NCBI GenBank assembly: GCA_010093815.1
Contig: ML996578.1
Direction: 5' to 3' (one strand)
Origin: Pseudovirgaria hyperparasitica
Lineage: Eukaryota
Length of the DNA stretch: 64,000 bases
This document shows, in pieces, positions 1 through 13,899 of this stretch (its first letter is position 1; each line of letters begins with the position of its first letter). A program made the translations under genes and the position numbers. The notes below the pieces were generated by a model, which worked only from the letters and a program-made list of their open reading frames with translations, searched no databases and had not been told where the DNA came from.

Positions 1-900
1 AGATAATATTAGTAATATCGATTACTAATATTAAGCTATTCCTAATAAGGAAATACCTTATATAAACTTATTAGATATAGTAGAGGTTAAGTTTACAGTT
101 ATATCACATTCTTCATTCATAACTAAAACTTTAAACTGTATATCTACCAGAGTAATCTAGCTAATTAGATGTAAATAACATAGTTCTTATAATTTAAATA
201 AGACGTTTTAAATACGTTATCTTCTCTTTACTTTCTCCATTCTCCATATTCAAATCTTGACTTAGAAGTAAGTCCATATTAGATATTATATAACAAAACT
301 AACTTTTGACTATTCTAAATATACATATACATATATGTCCATATTTAATATTCTACCACCCAATGAAACAACTAAACTAGTCCAAACTAAGGGAAACAAG
401 TATGTCATTTCTCCCCTACACTCGCACCAAAATACCCGCCTAAGACACTTTATTTCTCTAATTGACCAAGGTAAACTACATATAACCCAAGGTATGAGAG
501 TTAGACTAGATGATAATGATGGAAAGATCTCGACAGACACATGGACAGATGAACGGACATAGAGATATATAGATAGATGGATAGACATCCGATGACAATG
601 CTTCTACATAAACCGATTCCTCTCGTTCATTGATTCGTCTATTCGTGTGTATATAGATATAAATACTCTGATATGCTTACTTAGGTCTTGCAGTGCGTGG
701 TGCGAGATGGGTACCTGCTGACTATCTAGGATAGAGTAGTATGTAGAAGGTTTAGTATATAATTAGTGTAATAGATAGCTACTATAGCATATAGGTAGTA
801 TAGTATGTAGATAGTGCAGTATGTAGTTAGTGTAGTATATATTTAGTATAGTGTATAGACGATGTAATAGACGAATGCTTAAGCACGGCATATCAGCGCG
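1..900. repeat. AT/TpA-rich RIP-like degraded sequence (edge of a repeat block)
   Basis: Strong TpA excess and CpA/TpG depletion by eye, strongest at 1-330 and fading toward about 900. No recognisable coding motif. Confidence 0.5.
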
Positions 901-1607
901 TGTTTAGATAGACCAATTACCCTACGGATACGGTTCACGCACATGTGCATGTATGCATGCGTGTGCGCGATGGCGGGCAAGTTGATGCCAGGTAGTATAG
1001 TTGCCCGGTTCAATGGGCGGTAGAGATACCATGCATTTAGGAAATCGTGTGCTTTCTTCTTGACGACTGGACGACTAGATTACTGGACAGCGGTATAGAT
1101 CTATTATTACATTTTGGAGTCATACTAATACTACGACATGCCAGCCAGTATCGCAGTATACCAATCCCTATCTATCCTACGCTCCGAGGACCCTTACTAC
1201 CCTACCCTACCATCCCAGTGATGCCTTCATCAGCATAAAACCCGCCTCATCCATCTCACCCACCCCCCTGTCCAGACCCCGGCTCTACACCCCCCTGTGC
1301 GGAGCGCCTCGGACGCGCCCAGGACCCCTGACATCGATCACGACTCTCTCCCCTGGTCAAAACCGCCCCTCTAATCGGAAATTGAACAAAAGCACATAAG
1401 AAGGATAGATAAACAAAACATCCACACCTGCCCACCCATCCGAAACATACCCCACAACACCGAGTAAAGAACTTCCACCAATGATAAAAAAAGTCTTGCG
1501 GTGCAATATTCGAGGGACCTAAATCACGCCGCATACGCGCCTGCAGGGAAATAATCGGTTCTGAAACCGTTCGTTTTGCAGGATGGAGATTGGGACTGAG
1601 GGGTTGT

Positions 1608-2673
1608 CTACTCGTGGCGCGGCTCGCGATCTGATGTCAATAGCGCAGCGATCGGCACGTTGGAGCTTCCAGACCATGAACGCGAGAGCGCGGGCGCACT
1701 GGGCTGTGATTGCGGCTGTGACTTTGTCTGTGGCTGGGGTAGGGGAAGTGTGTACTGCGGCCTGCCCTCGCTCGCAGCGACCGGGTGGGTCTGGTGGGTC
1801 TGACTGTGGTATTGATACTGATTGACAGGGGTAAAGCCACGGTGCTGCTCAGTGGAATAAACGAAAGCAGGCTTGAGTTCCGGGCGCGTGAGGAGACTGC
1901 CGTCGGGACTGGGCTCTGGGGTCGGAGGCCGGGCTGGATTGGTGGTGGATTGCCAGATGTGTTCGAGATGCGCGGGCGAGATGTTCTGGCCGTAGTCGGC
2001 GGCAATGGAAGCCCAGAAGGAGGCACGGCGGGCGTCGTAGAGAGCGCGAAGGCGCGTGGTATCGACGGCTGAGTCTGATGGGGAGGTCTGGCGGAGCATA
2101 GAGTCGCTAGTGTTGATGCGAAGGCCTTGCGCTCCACGCTCGCGGTCGGGAGAGTGACGTGGTGTTGGCGGGCTTGGTTTGGGGAGGAGAGTTTTGTGCT
2201 GGTGGGAGGAGGTGCGTCTTGCGGGTGATGTATGAATGCTTTGTGAAGGAGTGGTGTTATAGATTATTGGGGAGCTTTGACGAGATTCGATGACCGAGTC
2301 GGTTTGTTCCGGGTAGTGGTGTTGGCCGAGATAAGGAGACTGCTCGGTGGAGCTGGAGGAAGTGTATGAGGATATCGAGGCGGCGCGTTTACGGCGATGG
2401 CTGCCATGTGAGAGTTGGTGAAAGTGGAGACGGCAGGCAAGCTCAGTCTTTTTCAGATGTATGGCAATGTGCTTATAGGGCATCTTCTGCATGCGAGTCT
2501 GCAAGAGGTAGTTTTCCTGATGTCAATGTTAGTTTGGTTTGATGGCATATTGTTTGTTGACTAACCTCTTCCTCTGACCAGGATCGATTACCGCCAGTAG
2601 AGGCAGTCTTGCGAGCCCTCAGAGTCGGGACCTCAGAGATAGGAGACACAATCGAAGGACCGTGGTGATTCAT
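1608..2673 (-). CDS. Myb/SANT-like DNA-binding protein (about 338 aa, 2 exons)
   Basis: Exon 1 is 2673-2566 (MNHH...RSWSEEE). A GTTAGT...CAG intron spans 2565-2517. Exon 2 is 2516-1608 (ENYLLQTRMQKMPYKHIAIHLKKTELACRLHFHQL), completing a Myb-like repeat. A second degenerate helical repeat follows (RLRALYDARRASFWASIAADYG...LEHIW). Confidence 0.85.
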
Positions 2674-5600
2674 ATTGATGGATGATTATGATTGGAGCTC
2701 GATAGTATGTCGTCACGTCGTTGTAATGTCGTAAGATGATCCAAAGAATGTCCGTATTTGACAATCCAATAGGCCCAAGCGAGTGGAATTATACAGCACA
2801 GCTACTCGCAAAAGATTGCTCAGCAATGTGGATTAGTGGAAAGAATGTAAGGCAGCCCAACCAGTGGGAAGTGAACGATAGTATTAAATAGGCTGCTATG
2901 TGGTAGTGTACCTATGAGGAGTGAATGTAGAAGCAGGATGATGTGAGAAACAAGAAGCGCAACAGGCGAGTCTAGATATATGATTCCGGAGCAGTGGGCC
3001 AAGCGAATGATTATCGGAATGATTCAGTAGTAGGAGTAACTATTGACAGCGTTTTCAAACGTACCAGGTGTAAAGAGGTCGCAGCAGACCTGGCGATCCC
3101 CAAACATGCATGATCGTCACCGGGTCTAGCAATCCGGGCGTGTTGAGAATATGTTTTGGAAATGGCCCTGGGACGGAAAAGGTGGACTGTAGCGGTTAGA
3201 AATACGGGTTGAGTCCGATCTCGTCGTAGCGTGAGCCGTTATAGCGGCACGTGCACGCATGAAGTTGGCGGCCGACGTGGGCGAGATGGAGCTGGTTTCA
3301 AAACCCGGTGGTGAGATACTCGAGCTGAGAGGCGTGAGAAGTGTCAGAACGACAGGCCTAAACACAGATATCCGCTGCACGGACGCATTCTGCAGTACAT
3401 TTCTACAGGCATCAGATCGCTTAGGCGGGCGCGCTAAGTCTTCAGGTTTCGTCTTTCGTTAGGGACGGACCCACGCTACCCTTTAGACAAAGGTAGGAAT
3501 CCTTCGTCTAGGGGAAATTGTAACAGACTCAGCAACAGAAAGACTAGAAATGAATCGTGTGTTTACAGCAATTAGCGTGACATCGGAAGAGACTGCCAAA
3601 AATAAGTCGAGCCTCCGGGCTGTATCGGCTTGTGGTCGTAGTCCTGTCCGCTTACACGAGACTATTAAGTGTCTGTCCACGGACAAAGCATCAACACCAG
3701 CATCCGTCGTCCACGAGCACGCTGACAAGGCCTCACCGGAGCGAACACACTCCGCATATACACGAGCCTGGGCACCATATCACTGGGTCCAATCTGCCAG
3801 ATGGAAATCGTGCAGCGGGACGGCCAAAGCAGCGATAAGCCTCCCCAAACGACGCTCAAACAAGGGCGTGGACCATCTGGCACCGCGACCGTCTCAAGGG
3901 CCCACCGCATCGTCAAACAACACAAAGCTTGGCGACACACCCCTCTGACGCAATGAATTTCGTCTGAGCAAACCCGACCAACAGCTTCTGAGAACACTTC
4001 CGATTCCCAGGTTTTTTATCGTGGTCTCTGTGTGTTTGATGGGTTGTTCTGGCTGTCGTCTACACATGGACCCAGACCGCCGCAAATGTCGAGGCTCGAG
4101 ACACCGGCCGAAAAGTTGCGGTAGACGTAGACGCTTGGGACAGTGCTAAAGGCACGACGCTTTCGAATAGCGTAAATATAGAATAGCGCACTGGTAAACT
4201 ATAAGATTGCCTAGTGAGTCGATACCTCCCGATACGGATCGCGGTCACCAAGTACGCTCGTTCAGGCTTTCTGCACACACGTCGCGAAGCCTGGCTGCTT
4301 CATCTGGCAGAGACAGACCCAAGACAGCACCGTGATGAGATGGAGATTGCCTCGCGTAAGAAGACGTTGATAGATGAATTTGAAGAAGGAGGTTGTTGGA
4401 GTCGGCCGTGACAGAGTCGATCAAGGTGAGGTAAAAGTAAAGTTTGTTAGAGAACCAGCTCATAAGTTGACGCCTCAGGCACGCACAAGTTTCGTGCAGA
4501 GTCTCATCCACTCATCATGCCATAATCTACAGCAATGGTACTACCGAATAATCGTGCATCTTACTTTTAAGTATACATTATAATCGTTGAATTCCTTGAC
4601 ATGTTTTCCTAACCCTCCACATGTTACTTATCATCAGTCTTAGTAGCCTGTTAGTAACAACAACCGGCGTCTCTCTTCAGACACCTTCCCAAGGCCCCTT
4701 GAATAAACCCAGGAAAGGGACACATACATGCCAATAACACCACTATGCCAGGTAAAACAATGCAATGAAAGCCATAGTCGTAAGAGATGGAGGTGGAGTA
4801 GGATATCAGATACTAGGTGAACATCATATAACCAGCACTAGAAGTTTGACTAAGTTAGTTCGACATGTAGCTATGGAAACACTAGTAAATATAGCAAAGC
4901 TCATTCAAGACTCGCAAGATATCTCAGGACCTTTTGTCTGTCGTAATCATGTCACTGATGTAATATTTCTTCCGTAGCAGACACCCGAAATCTCCAGTTT
5001 TATCTCTTTGATCAGGCCAGCCCTGTTCATAATAGACCCATAGATCCGTAAGATTCTGCTCGAAGTTATGATCATACGACCCGAAATTTTTCGTGTTGAC
5101 AGTATTCATGGGCAGCGTAGTATGATATGTTGAGGAAACATGCTGAGTCCTGCGACTTCCGTTTGCCCTTTTCGGTGGACCGTCCAAAGGCCATGCTATA
5201 TTGCTACAAGAGGCTTATATTGATTGATTATACTACGTTGTCCAGTTCGGAATACACATACGCCTGCCAGGTTAGAGGACTCCGGGCTACCGTGTTTGGT
5301 AAACGCTTCAATGTCTTGTAAGCATTCCACGGATAAGGAGCCAAAGAATTCAACAAGGCTCTCGGTTGGATGCTAGTTGCTCTTATGCTTCTTCCAGCTG
5401 GAGGACTATACTCCGTGTCGCTCGCGGGCAAGGACGGGAAACTAGTGGAGGGTGTGCTGTCTGATTATCTCTTTGATCTAGGTCAGTCAACGCATTTTTG
5501 GTCAACACGAGTCTCGAAAGCTCGTTCCAATATTCTATCGTGAAGTATCTGGTCTTTTGCCTCTGTCGCGGCTGGGAGAAGTTTTCTCTACATTGTGCAG

Positions 5601-6930
5601 CTTATCTTCAACCGCCGGCGCTCCAGATAGACGAATACGTGTATATCAGGCATATGCATTATGTGGTGAGAGTGTTAGCGAAGAGAGAGGGCCAGTGATG
5701 AACACCTCATGCAGCCGTCTCTATTAGTCAGCAGCTGTTCAGAACCTTGAATGGCGGCAGATCGTGCTGGTAAAGTCTAATTGGATGAAATCAAGTAGCA
5801 ATGGAATGGCTTGCAGGGGCCCCTTGGCAAGCAGACTATGAAGCTTCACGAATTGAACACGATCGGCACGTATTAATGCCTGCTTGCCTGCTTGCTTTCT
5901 TGCATGCATGCATATTTTCCATTCGATATTTACACTTCTTCAAGCCATTATATTGACCGTGTCTAGCGCTGCGCTGCTGCTGGTGTCGGTGCTACTCGCC
6001 AGGATATAATATGCACAGACGAACAAACCGAGCAGAGAACAGCAGTGCTGTAATTATGTACAAGTCGATGTGCATGTATTATGTATATGCTTCTTCCAAG
6101 GCTGTTGACTGTGTGCCTACGCCGCTGCGCTGCCTCGCAAGCTTTTCATCAAGGCGCCTCGTCTCCACCGGCCCGGATACTACCTAGGTACTGCCCGTAA
6201 CATGTATGTGTGTCACGGTGTCACGGGTGTATTCTGCTGATTAGTCAACAAAGACTTCTCACCACTCCCACCCACCAGCCATGATGGAATTTCAACACCA
6301 ACATCATCTGCGTACCTGGCACATCCATATTAGAAAGAAGGTGCCCGTGTGTCATGGCTGCACACCAGCCACCGGCGATACCCATCGCTATCGAAGCCTA
6401 AAGAAAAGTCACATTCTCACTCAGAGACATTCATTTCACAGTGCCAATAATATTAGTACCGCACGCCAGCCAGCTATCCAGTCAGGCCCTGCCACTGCCA
6501 CCTAGGGGCGAGTGAGTGGTTTAGCATGAAGAAAGAAATCGTCACGCGCGTGGGCTCGCTCTTGGCCATTCGATACACCCCATCCCATCCCATCCTCTGC
6601 ATGCATAATTGGATGCGACGCGACAGGCTGGTCAATGGTGGTATAGGGGAGCCACTAGCACTACACGCTTTACCGCCACGGCGAAGTCCGCCACCCCTTT
6701 CTTGGAGAGGATAGAGGAGGTGCGTGTGTGTATTCCTATGCACGGCATATATATAAACCCATTGGGCGGTCAAGGGCAGATGGTGATGTTGAGGATTGCT
6801 GGGATGTGTGCAATGGCACCATTGAGGGGACAATTAGAGACGTGCGGGACGTACTGACCATGAGTTCACCGGCTGTGAATGGTGTGTGATGTGTGCCATT
6901 GGTGAGTGTATGAGTGTGTGAGTGTGTCGG

Positions 6931-6986
6931 TGGTCAGTGGTCAGTGGTCAGTGGTCAGTGGTCAGTGGTCAGTGGTCAGTGGTCAG
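6931..6986 (+). repeat. Heptamer tandem repeat (TGGTCAG)n, about 8 copies
   Basis: Directly visible perfect array upstream of the second Myb gene. Confidence 0.9.
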
Positions 6987-7811
6987 TATCCATCAGAGCG
7001 AGGGCTCTCCCGCGCCGGGAATTACCCCGCTTTCGTCCCGCCCGTCGCGCGCTCCTTTTAGCTTTAACTGGGGAGTGTGGGAGTGATTGCGTGCGTGCCG
7101 GGCGGAGGCTGTTATTCTGGTAACTATTAGGTACTCTATGTAGCTGGCCTGGGGTACGGCACAGGCTACCACGGCATATGTCAAGGTCTCAGTGACCCCT
7201 CGGCAGCCAGATCATCACACTCAACACCATGTACCAAGTACCTCCATTCCGATTCCCTTTTATGAAAAGCCCATCGACTTCCATCTCCCGAGGCCAATGC
7301 ACCCACAGCAGCCCCCGGAGATGTCCCCTAAGCAGCTTCATACTCCCCAGCCGAACCTCATTCGCCCGCTCGTCATGCGGGCCTGTCCTGTTTGGTAGGT
7401 CACTGTGTATTTGATCACTTTCGCATCTCTCAATCCATCAGCTACCTGACTTGCTGGACCTCACCATGATCCGCCATCCTCGCCATCAACATCTCTCTTG
7501 CTCTCTGCTGTCTCTCTGCACCCGCTACAGTCACTTCGGCATGACCGTCGCAAGCATTTGTGGCTCGCTGATCTAGAGCGTCTTGCTTTCGCCCTCCTCG
7601 CCCACCTCTCGAGCCCTGTGTTCGGACAATAATCCACTGCTTCTTCCCTGACTCTTCTCTGCTTCTCTACTCGCGCCAGGCCATCATGTCGTGAGTTCCT
7701 TCCTGCCAGTGCTCGCCTTACATGTCGAGCTTTGCGAGTGACGTCGCCATCATGTCGCGCCCAAGATAGACATATCGCTTCCATGCCTGCTCTGTGCAAT
7801 GCTGACCCTTC

Positions 7812-8733
7812 ATGTCCGTGTCCCACAGGTCTCAATCACCCACCTCAAAACGAGGTGCGAAGACAACTCCTATGACACCGGCAGCCCAAAATCTGACCAG
7901 TGCATCCGCCACTGAGCCGCAAGGTGTGCGTCCGCTGGCTCCAGCATCAGCAGCAGGCTCGCACGAGGCCTTAGATTTAGCGTCGCCGACTAATCGCAAG
8001 CGACGTGCTTCAGGGGAATACCCGTCATCGACAGTGCCGGGTCCATCGTCAATGGCACCATCGCAAGCATCGTCGTCCGCGCCACCGGGTCCAGCATCTG
8101 GCGGCACTGAGTTAGAGCGACCAATACAACCGTCGCCAGCAAAGAAAGGGAGGACAAACACTCCGTGGACAGCAGCAGAAGAGCAACGGTTGAAACAGAT
8201 GCGCGACCAGGGACTCAGCTGGAACGAAATTGCAAAGGTACGAAGGCCATCCAGCCCTCTATTCTAAAGGATCGAAACCCTTCTAGAGGCTGTCGTCCTC
8301 CTTCATTGCACCGACTAATCACTCTGCGTAGTCGTTTCCTGCACGGACCGAAGGAAGTGTGAAGAAACACTGGTACAAGGTAGGTTTCGCGTCGTACTAA
8401 GCGTGCAAGCCATCCATGGGTGCTGTGTCGCTGACGCCTCCGAAAAGGACATGCACTACGCCGAGTTCGCGGAGAACGAGGTAAGGATTTATAGTCCACA
8501 CTCAAGGTCAACATTGCCTCTGACATCGAGATATAGAGCGCGGCCCTTCTTGCTGCTATCAAGGAGTACGAGGCTAATAAGTGGAAGTCGATTGGGGCAA
8601 AGGTTGGCAAGCCCGCAAAGGTATGACGCGAACTTTTACATGTAGACACCTCATATGCTTGCAACGATTTCTGACCACGTCTTGTTAGGCGTGTGAACAG
8701 TACGCGAAGGAGCATTTCGGTGGAAAGTTTTGA
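7812..8733 (+). CDS. Myb DNA-binding domain protein, two repeats (5 exons)
   Basis: Exons 7812-8237, 8332-8379, 8448-8480, 8537-8620 and 8689-8733, all joined by GT-AG introns. The spliced product reads PWTAAEEQRLKQMRDQGLSWNEIAKSFPARTEGSVKKHWYKDMHYAEFAENESAALLAAIKEYEANKWKSIGAKVGKPAKACEQYAKEHF. The start codon is uncertain. Confidence 0.9.
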
Positions 8734-10708
8734 ACGCAATGGGGCGATAAGAGCGTATGTGGGTTTTTTTTTTCGAGATACCCTCTGTGGTCAGATCACG
8801 GCCATGCGCTCGTGGGACGTCTGTGGGATCGACAGCATCTCTAAATTCTTCTTGTCTGCTGCTTTGAGAGTTATGATGCATTTAGCGATCATGGAAGTTT
8901 CTTGTGAGGGGTTGGCACCTTGAAAGTGGTGTCAGGCATTTTCCTTTTTCTTTTCTCTTCCTTACCCTTCTGTCCCTTTCGATTATTCCATACAAGTGAG
9001 GAGTTCGTCGTCCGAAGGAGGATTGAAGAAGGGCAACAAGCATGGCAACAACAAGCGAACAAACTTAATAATGGCATCTCTGATATAGGACGTCTCGGAC
9101 ACGAAGGATACCCAGCGGAAAGGCGGTCGGACTGGCAACAGGCTATTGGACAATCCTAACATATAGATCTTCTTGTGTTCAATTTCGCGAAAGACGCCCC
9201 GGCGCTCTTGTTCATCGTTGCACGAAGCGCTTGCATCGTGTTTCTGGGTGCATGGCAATAAGATTCGGGTCTCGACGGGTCATGGAGCATGTGCAGGCTT
9301 TCCGGAGTCCAGTATAACCGGTGTGGACAACGGCAGCGTGGAAGCTGCATGCATTTCACGTTTGCATGACCTGCCTCATTAATGAGCTTGGTAGCAGATA
9401 GACCCTGACTGCAGCATGGCTGCGCGTGGGCCTGGCTCACATCCGAACCAGGATGGCGGTGACAAGTGGCGTTCCATGTACGACTAGGGAACAACAGATC
9501 AATGGCGGTGGCGCGTGGAACATGGGTGGTGATGTGTCTACGTCTGCTTAGCCAGGGTACGAGACAATGATGATTCGTGGCAGCGTAAGGCTGGTGTCGC
9601 ATCGCACATGTCCGTCAGGGTTTGAGAAGACGGTCAACGGTCACGCAATGCGGTGAGAGATTATGGTTGGCATCGAAGTATCGGTACGTGCGGCTTGCAT
9701 GGTCCAGAGCAAGAGCAGGGACCCAAGCTGCTGTGAGGAGCAGATTAGGCAGTGCAAAGCTGGTGATGGACGGCCTGCTTCGAGTAGCATTCCTGAGTTG
9801 CTTGAGAATGTATTGTAGGTTGAGTGGATGGAGGACAGAGGTGGGTCGAGAGTGAAATCAGAAGAGTGAGATTAATTAGGCTAAATGGTAAAATCGCTAT
9901 GACAGTGTCAGAATGGGGATGTATGTTCAGACTCCAAAGTGGCAGCTTACATGAGAGGGTGTGTAAATGGCGAATAGCTCTGGGACCTTCACGAAAAGCA
10001 TGGCGATCGAGGTGCGGTGCGACGACAAGGCTGACTGAAGATCGGAAGGATTGATAGCAAGTTATTGCGAAGACGCAGGATGTGGCAGACAGGATGTAGA
10101 TGTCAACATTGGAAAGCCACAATTGTGTAGCGACCGAATTGACACCTCATAAGGCACCACGAAAGGTTCCAAGGCTGAAAGTGTGGTGCCTTACGAGGGA
10201 GATCGGGAGGCATGATGCCGGAACCCTGTCGACAGGTCCTCAGTTCCACTATTGCGCAAGTCAGACCTCTTTTGGAATAAAGTGGATCTGATTAGCGACG
10301 TTCCGGTCGCCATTCGTCACAAAATGTGTTCAAGTGATTAGAGCAGCAGCTTGCACGCACAACACGAGGTCTACTTCAGCTGCCATGGCCACGCTTGGAA
10401 CGGCATATCCGGAAATGAATGCAACCGGGAATTCCGGATCGACAGAAGCTGGAAATAATACATTAGGTCCTGCGGAACGGAAGATGGGAGATCTGGGCGA
10501 AGGATTGTGTTCCAGTGCAAGTAGCCCCACATCAACACAGAAGGACTACGTAGCTGATGGACTACATTGGGTGTCAGGACGGAATAGAGTTCTGCAACGA
10601 TTTGTCACAGGACTCAAGAAGGAGAATGCTCAATAGGTGAAAGAGACGGCATGAGAAAGGGCAATTGGAATTGGCAAGTGATTGGCTGGTGATAGGGGGT
10701 AGGTAGAG

Positions 10709-11040
10709 GACTACTACAGACTACCAGTCACTACTAGAACTACTCTACTTAATACTTATTGCTGCTACCGCTGACTACTAAGACTACTACAGACTACTAC
10801 TAGATACTACTACTACTGACAAGCGACAAGCGACAAGCGATGTGTTCGATGTTGACAGCGGCTGGGGGCCGCTGCCAGTGAAGTGGAAAACGGGGCCGTC
10901 GGGTGTACTTAGTTAGGTAGTGCGGCTAGTCCGGTTCGGGCGCAGCTGCAGGTTGCTGATGGAGATATGAATAGTAATACAGCAATTAACTAATAATTAA
11001 CACTCATAACGCCGACGCCGACGCCGACACCGACACCAAC
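10709..11040. repeat. Low-complexity cluster: degenerate (CTA)n, (GACAAGC)x3, (GACGCC)n
   Basis: Visible at 10709-10820, 10818-10840 and 11009-11035. Confidence 0.7.
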
Positions 11041-13899
11041 ATCACAACGATTCACTCATACTCCTACTGTGCAATATGTGCATACTCCTCATGAATGGTG
11101 CAGCAGTAAAATCTGCTGCACGACCAGCTTGCTCGCCTCACTCTTGAGTATTTGCAAGAAGAGACGAAAGCAGAAATCCTAAAGGGGCCAATCCGAACAT
11201 CGGGACATAGCCGCATGTCGATCGTCTTGACGTTAATAGACTTGACGTTAGACTGCTCGCATGCAGACGTCAAACTCGCCTACCCGCCGCCCTATTCTGA
11301 CCTCCCTCGCACACGTTCATTTCATCCAGCACTCTGGGACCCTCAACGCACTGTGAATACACACAATGTAGTTTCGTCATAGAGGCTCGACAACACACTG
11401 TTGTGTCTGCTATTGTCTTGTTGACATTGTATACGTTGTGGACTGCTAGCAACATGGTTATTAGATAGATGTGACAAGCAAGCGTCATTGCTATGCCGTT
11501 AGACGCAAAAGATGCGAGCACCAGCTACACGCCAAACTTCCACTTGCCTCCACACGGAGCAGTCTCCACTCGACTCCACTTGGTGACTTGACTCCACTCA
11601 ACTCCACTGGAACCCATCAGCGAATTGTAGACAGACTGGTACGGTGGACCGCCCATCAGCACCAATCCTTTCCCGGCATGTATCGGCAGAAGGGCACTAA
11701 AATTGCAGACCCTAGAGAGACGAATAACTCTAGACCAGAATCCAGGCTTCAGAGACGGATGATGTGGTTGTGGGTAGAGTGACGAACTATACTCAACAAA
11801 GACACTCCAAACCTTCACTCTCGATCCCTTCCCGCTCGCCCACAACAGCATCAACGGCAACGAGACATGAAGACCCACTTTTATCTCCCCACGCGTTGGA
11901 TGAAGCTTAACCTACTCCTGTGACTCGTCTAGTGTCTACGGTCTACCTGTTCCTGTCCCTGTTCCTATCTCCTCACCTTTACTATCACCATCGCCAGCAC
12001 CGTCATCGTCACCTACTGTCATCCACTACTCTCCCCCTCTGTGACTCTAATGAATGCACCTACTATCTCCTATGCTCTCACCCCACGCGCCCAAGAAACT
12101 ATTTCTTTCCTCTAGCACTGTTATATACTCTCTTGGGTCTGTCTACTCGTATACTAACTCCTCAAGCCATCGAACTCTCGTCTCCCGTCTGCCGCCTTCC
12201 GTCCTCCGTCCCTGTGCTTGGACATCTATTGACAACATCCATGTGTCAATGCTTTACCTCCCGCTGTCGTCAGCTTTCGTGGATGCTGATCGCCCCAGCC
12301 ATCGTAACCCCCCCCGCGCCCTAGCTTGCAGTGCTGTCTCCGTGCCTCTGGAATTTTAGCCTCACCGACTATCAAAAGCAATCCGTTCCATGTGCTGCCT
12401 AACCGTTGCATATCTAAGCTGCACACTAGCTTTGCCCTCGGAATCTTTCCATCGTGCCCGCTACATCTCCGCAAAGCAAAGCATGCTAGGTAGCAGAGCG
12501 CCCTTCTAAGCGAATATCGACAAGGGCCTGGTACTATACCTCCAACACACACTGCAACTCAGCACTTGCATACTAAACCTTAGGAACTCAACGCCAAACA
12601 GCCATGATTAAGCTCCACGGTTGCCTCAGATCTACTCGCTGACCCACTGCGGCTCGTCAACTCGCCGTCTTTCGGCACTCATTCTCATACACGGCATCAT
12701 TCGGGTTTGCCGTAGAGTTTCTTCGCTCCCGGAATGCTCCCAAACGTACTACTATACTCGTCCCCAATTTACGGTTAGATGCTTCATTTTGCCCCAAATG
12801 GCGGGCCCATCACCCCTTGCACGCTCTTCAATATGCATTGGAGTGGGATTCGTCTCCGTCACCTTACCGTACGCTTGGTCCTGCCAATCATCTGCTTTGG
12901 CGTGATATCTTGGCCTATCACAGTGCAGCGCGTCTACAAATTGTCTGAGAAGCAATAAAATCCTGATGTTCAATTACAATCATTCCTTGTTTTCTTTCGC
13001 CCCTTGGCCCTAACTGGTCTTCCACCGGGCGCCGCAGCCACTGCCGAACTAACCTGGTCCTGTAGTGACCTGCTTTTGTCTTTGCCACGCTAGGAGATCA
13101 ATGCTTAGCTTGGAATTTGTTACCATGTGCTCCGCCGAAGCCGTTTTTTGACAGCCATATTTCCAAGGGACTTCTGGAAAAGATGGGGCCGGTCTATGGG
13201 TTTCCGGGAAGGATTACCACTGAAGCCAGTGCTGTCTTCCTCCCCTGGCCTGCCCGGGAGATATCCACTCGAGCCGCCAGCCACTGAGACCACCAAGCTC
13301 CTGCATAACAACAAAGCTAGCATTTGACGCTCAGGTTGTTCACGCAGCTTTGTGGCTTCCACTTAACCCTGCCCACAAGCACCGCATGATGCTTGAAGCA
13401 GAATCCGTCCTGATCTTGCCCTACCAGCTCATTCGCTTTGATATCAATTTTCTCGCCGTTTCGTAGAGCTGCCTTGCCTCCTTCTTGGTGCTTGGGCCTC
13501 ACTCTCTTTGTCTGGAGTGTGAACGAGTGATTACACAGGACCGTGATCTCTGCTGTGGAAAGATCCTCTTCCGGGCTCCATCCAATGCTCTTTGGGACTT
13601 GCGCAACTGAGAGTTATAATGGGCACTGGTCCCGGCCCATGGACTCCAAATCCTGCTTCTTCGAGCCTATAGCAGACCCTATACCCACGCTTAGTACTTC
13701 CGATAAGAGTCTTTCAGCTCATGGCGCATCCTCCCCGACTGTCCTTGATGCAAAATTCGTCGATATAGACACACCGGCTCAGACAAGAACACGTGCGATA
13801 CAACACTTGTTTGGCACGGCAGCGTGCCTCAAACCCCTCTCCCTTCTGGCTGCTCAGGTCTCACTGCGGCGACCTGCCAGAGCTAACTCGCTCGGGCAG

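Noticed and set aside
8889..13500. Many 60-150 aa ORFs between the Myb genes, and similar ones at 15300-17600
   Set aside because: They overlap on both strands, have no motifs and often start at non-ATG codons, which is typical of spurious ORFs.
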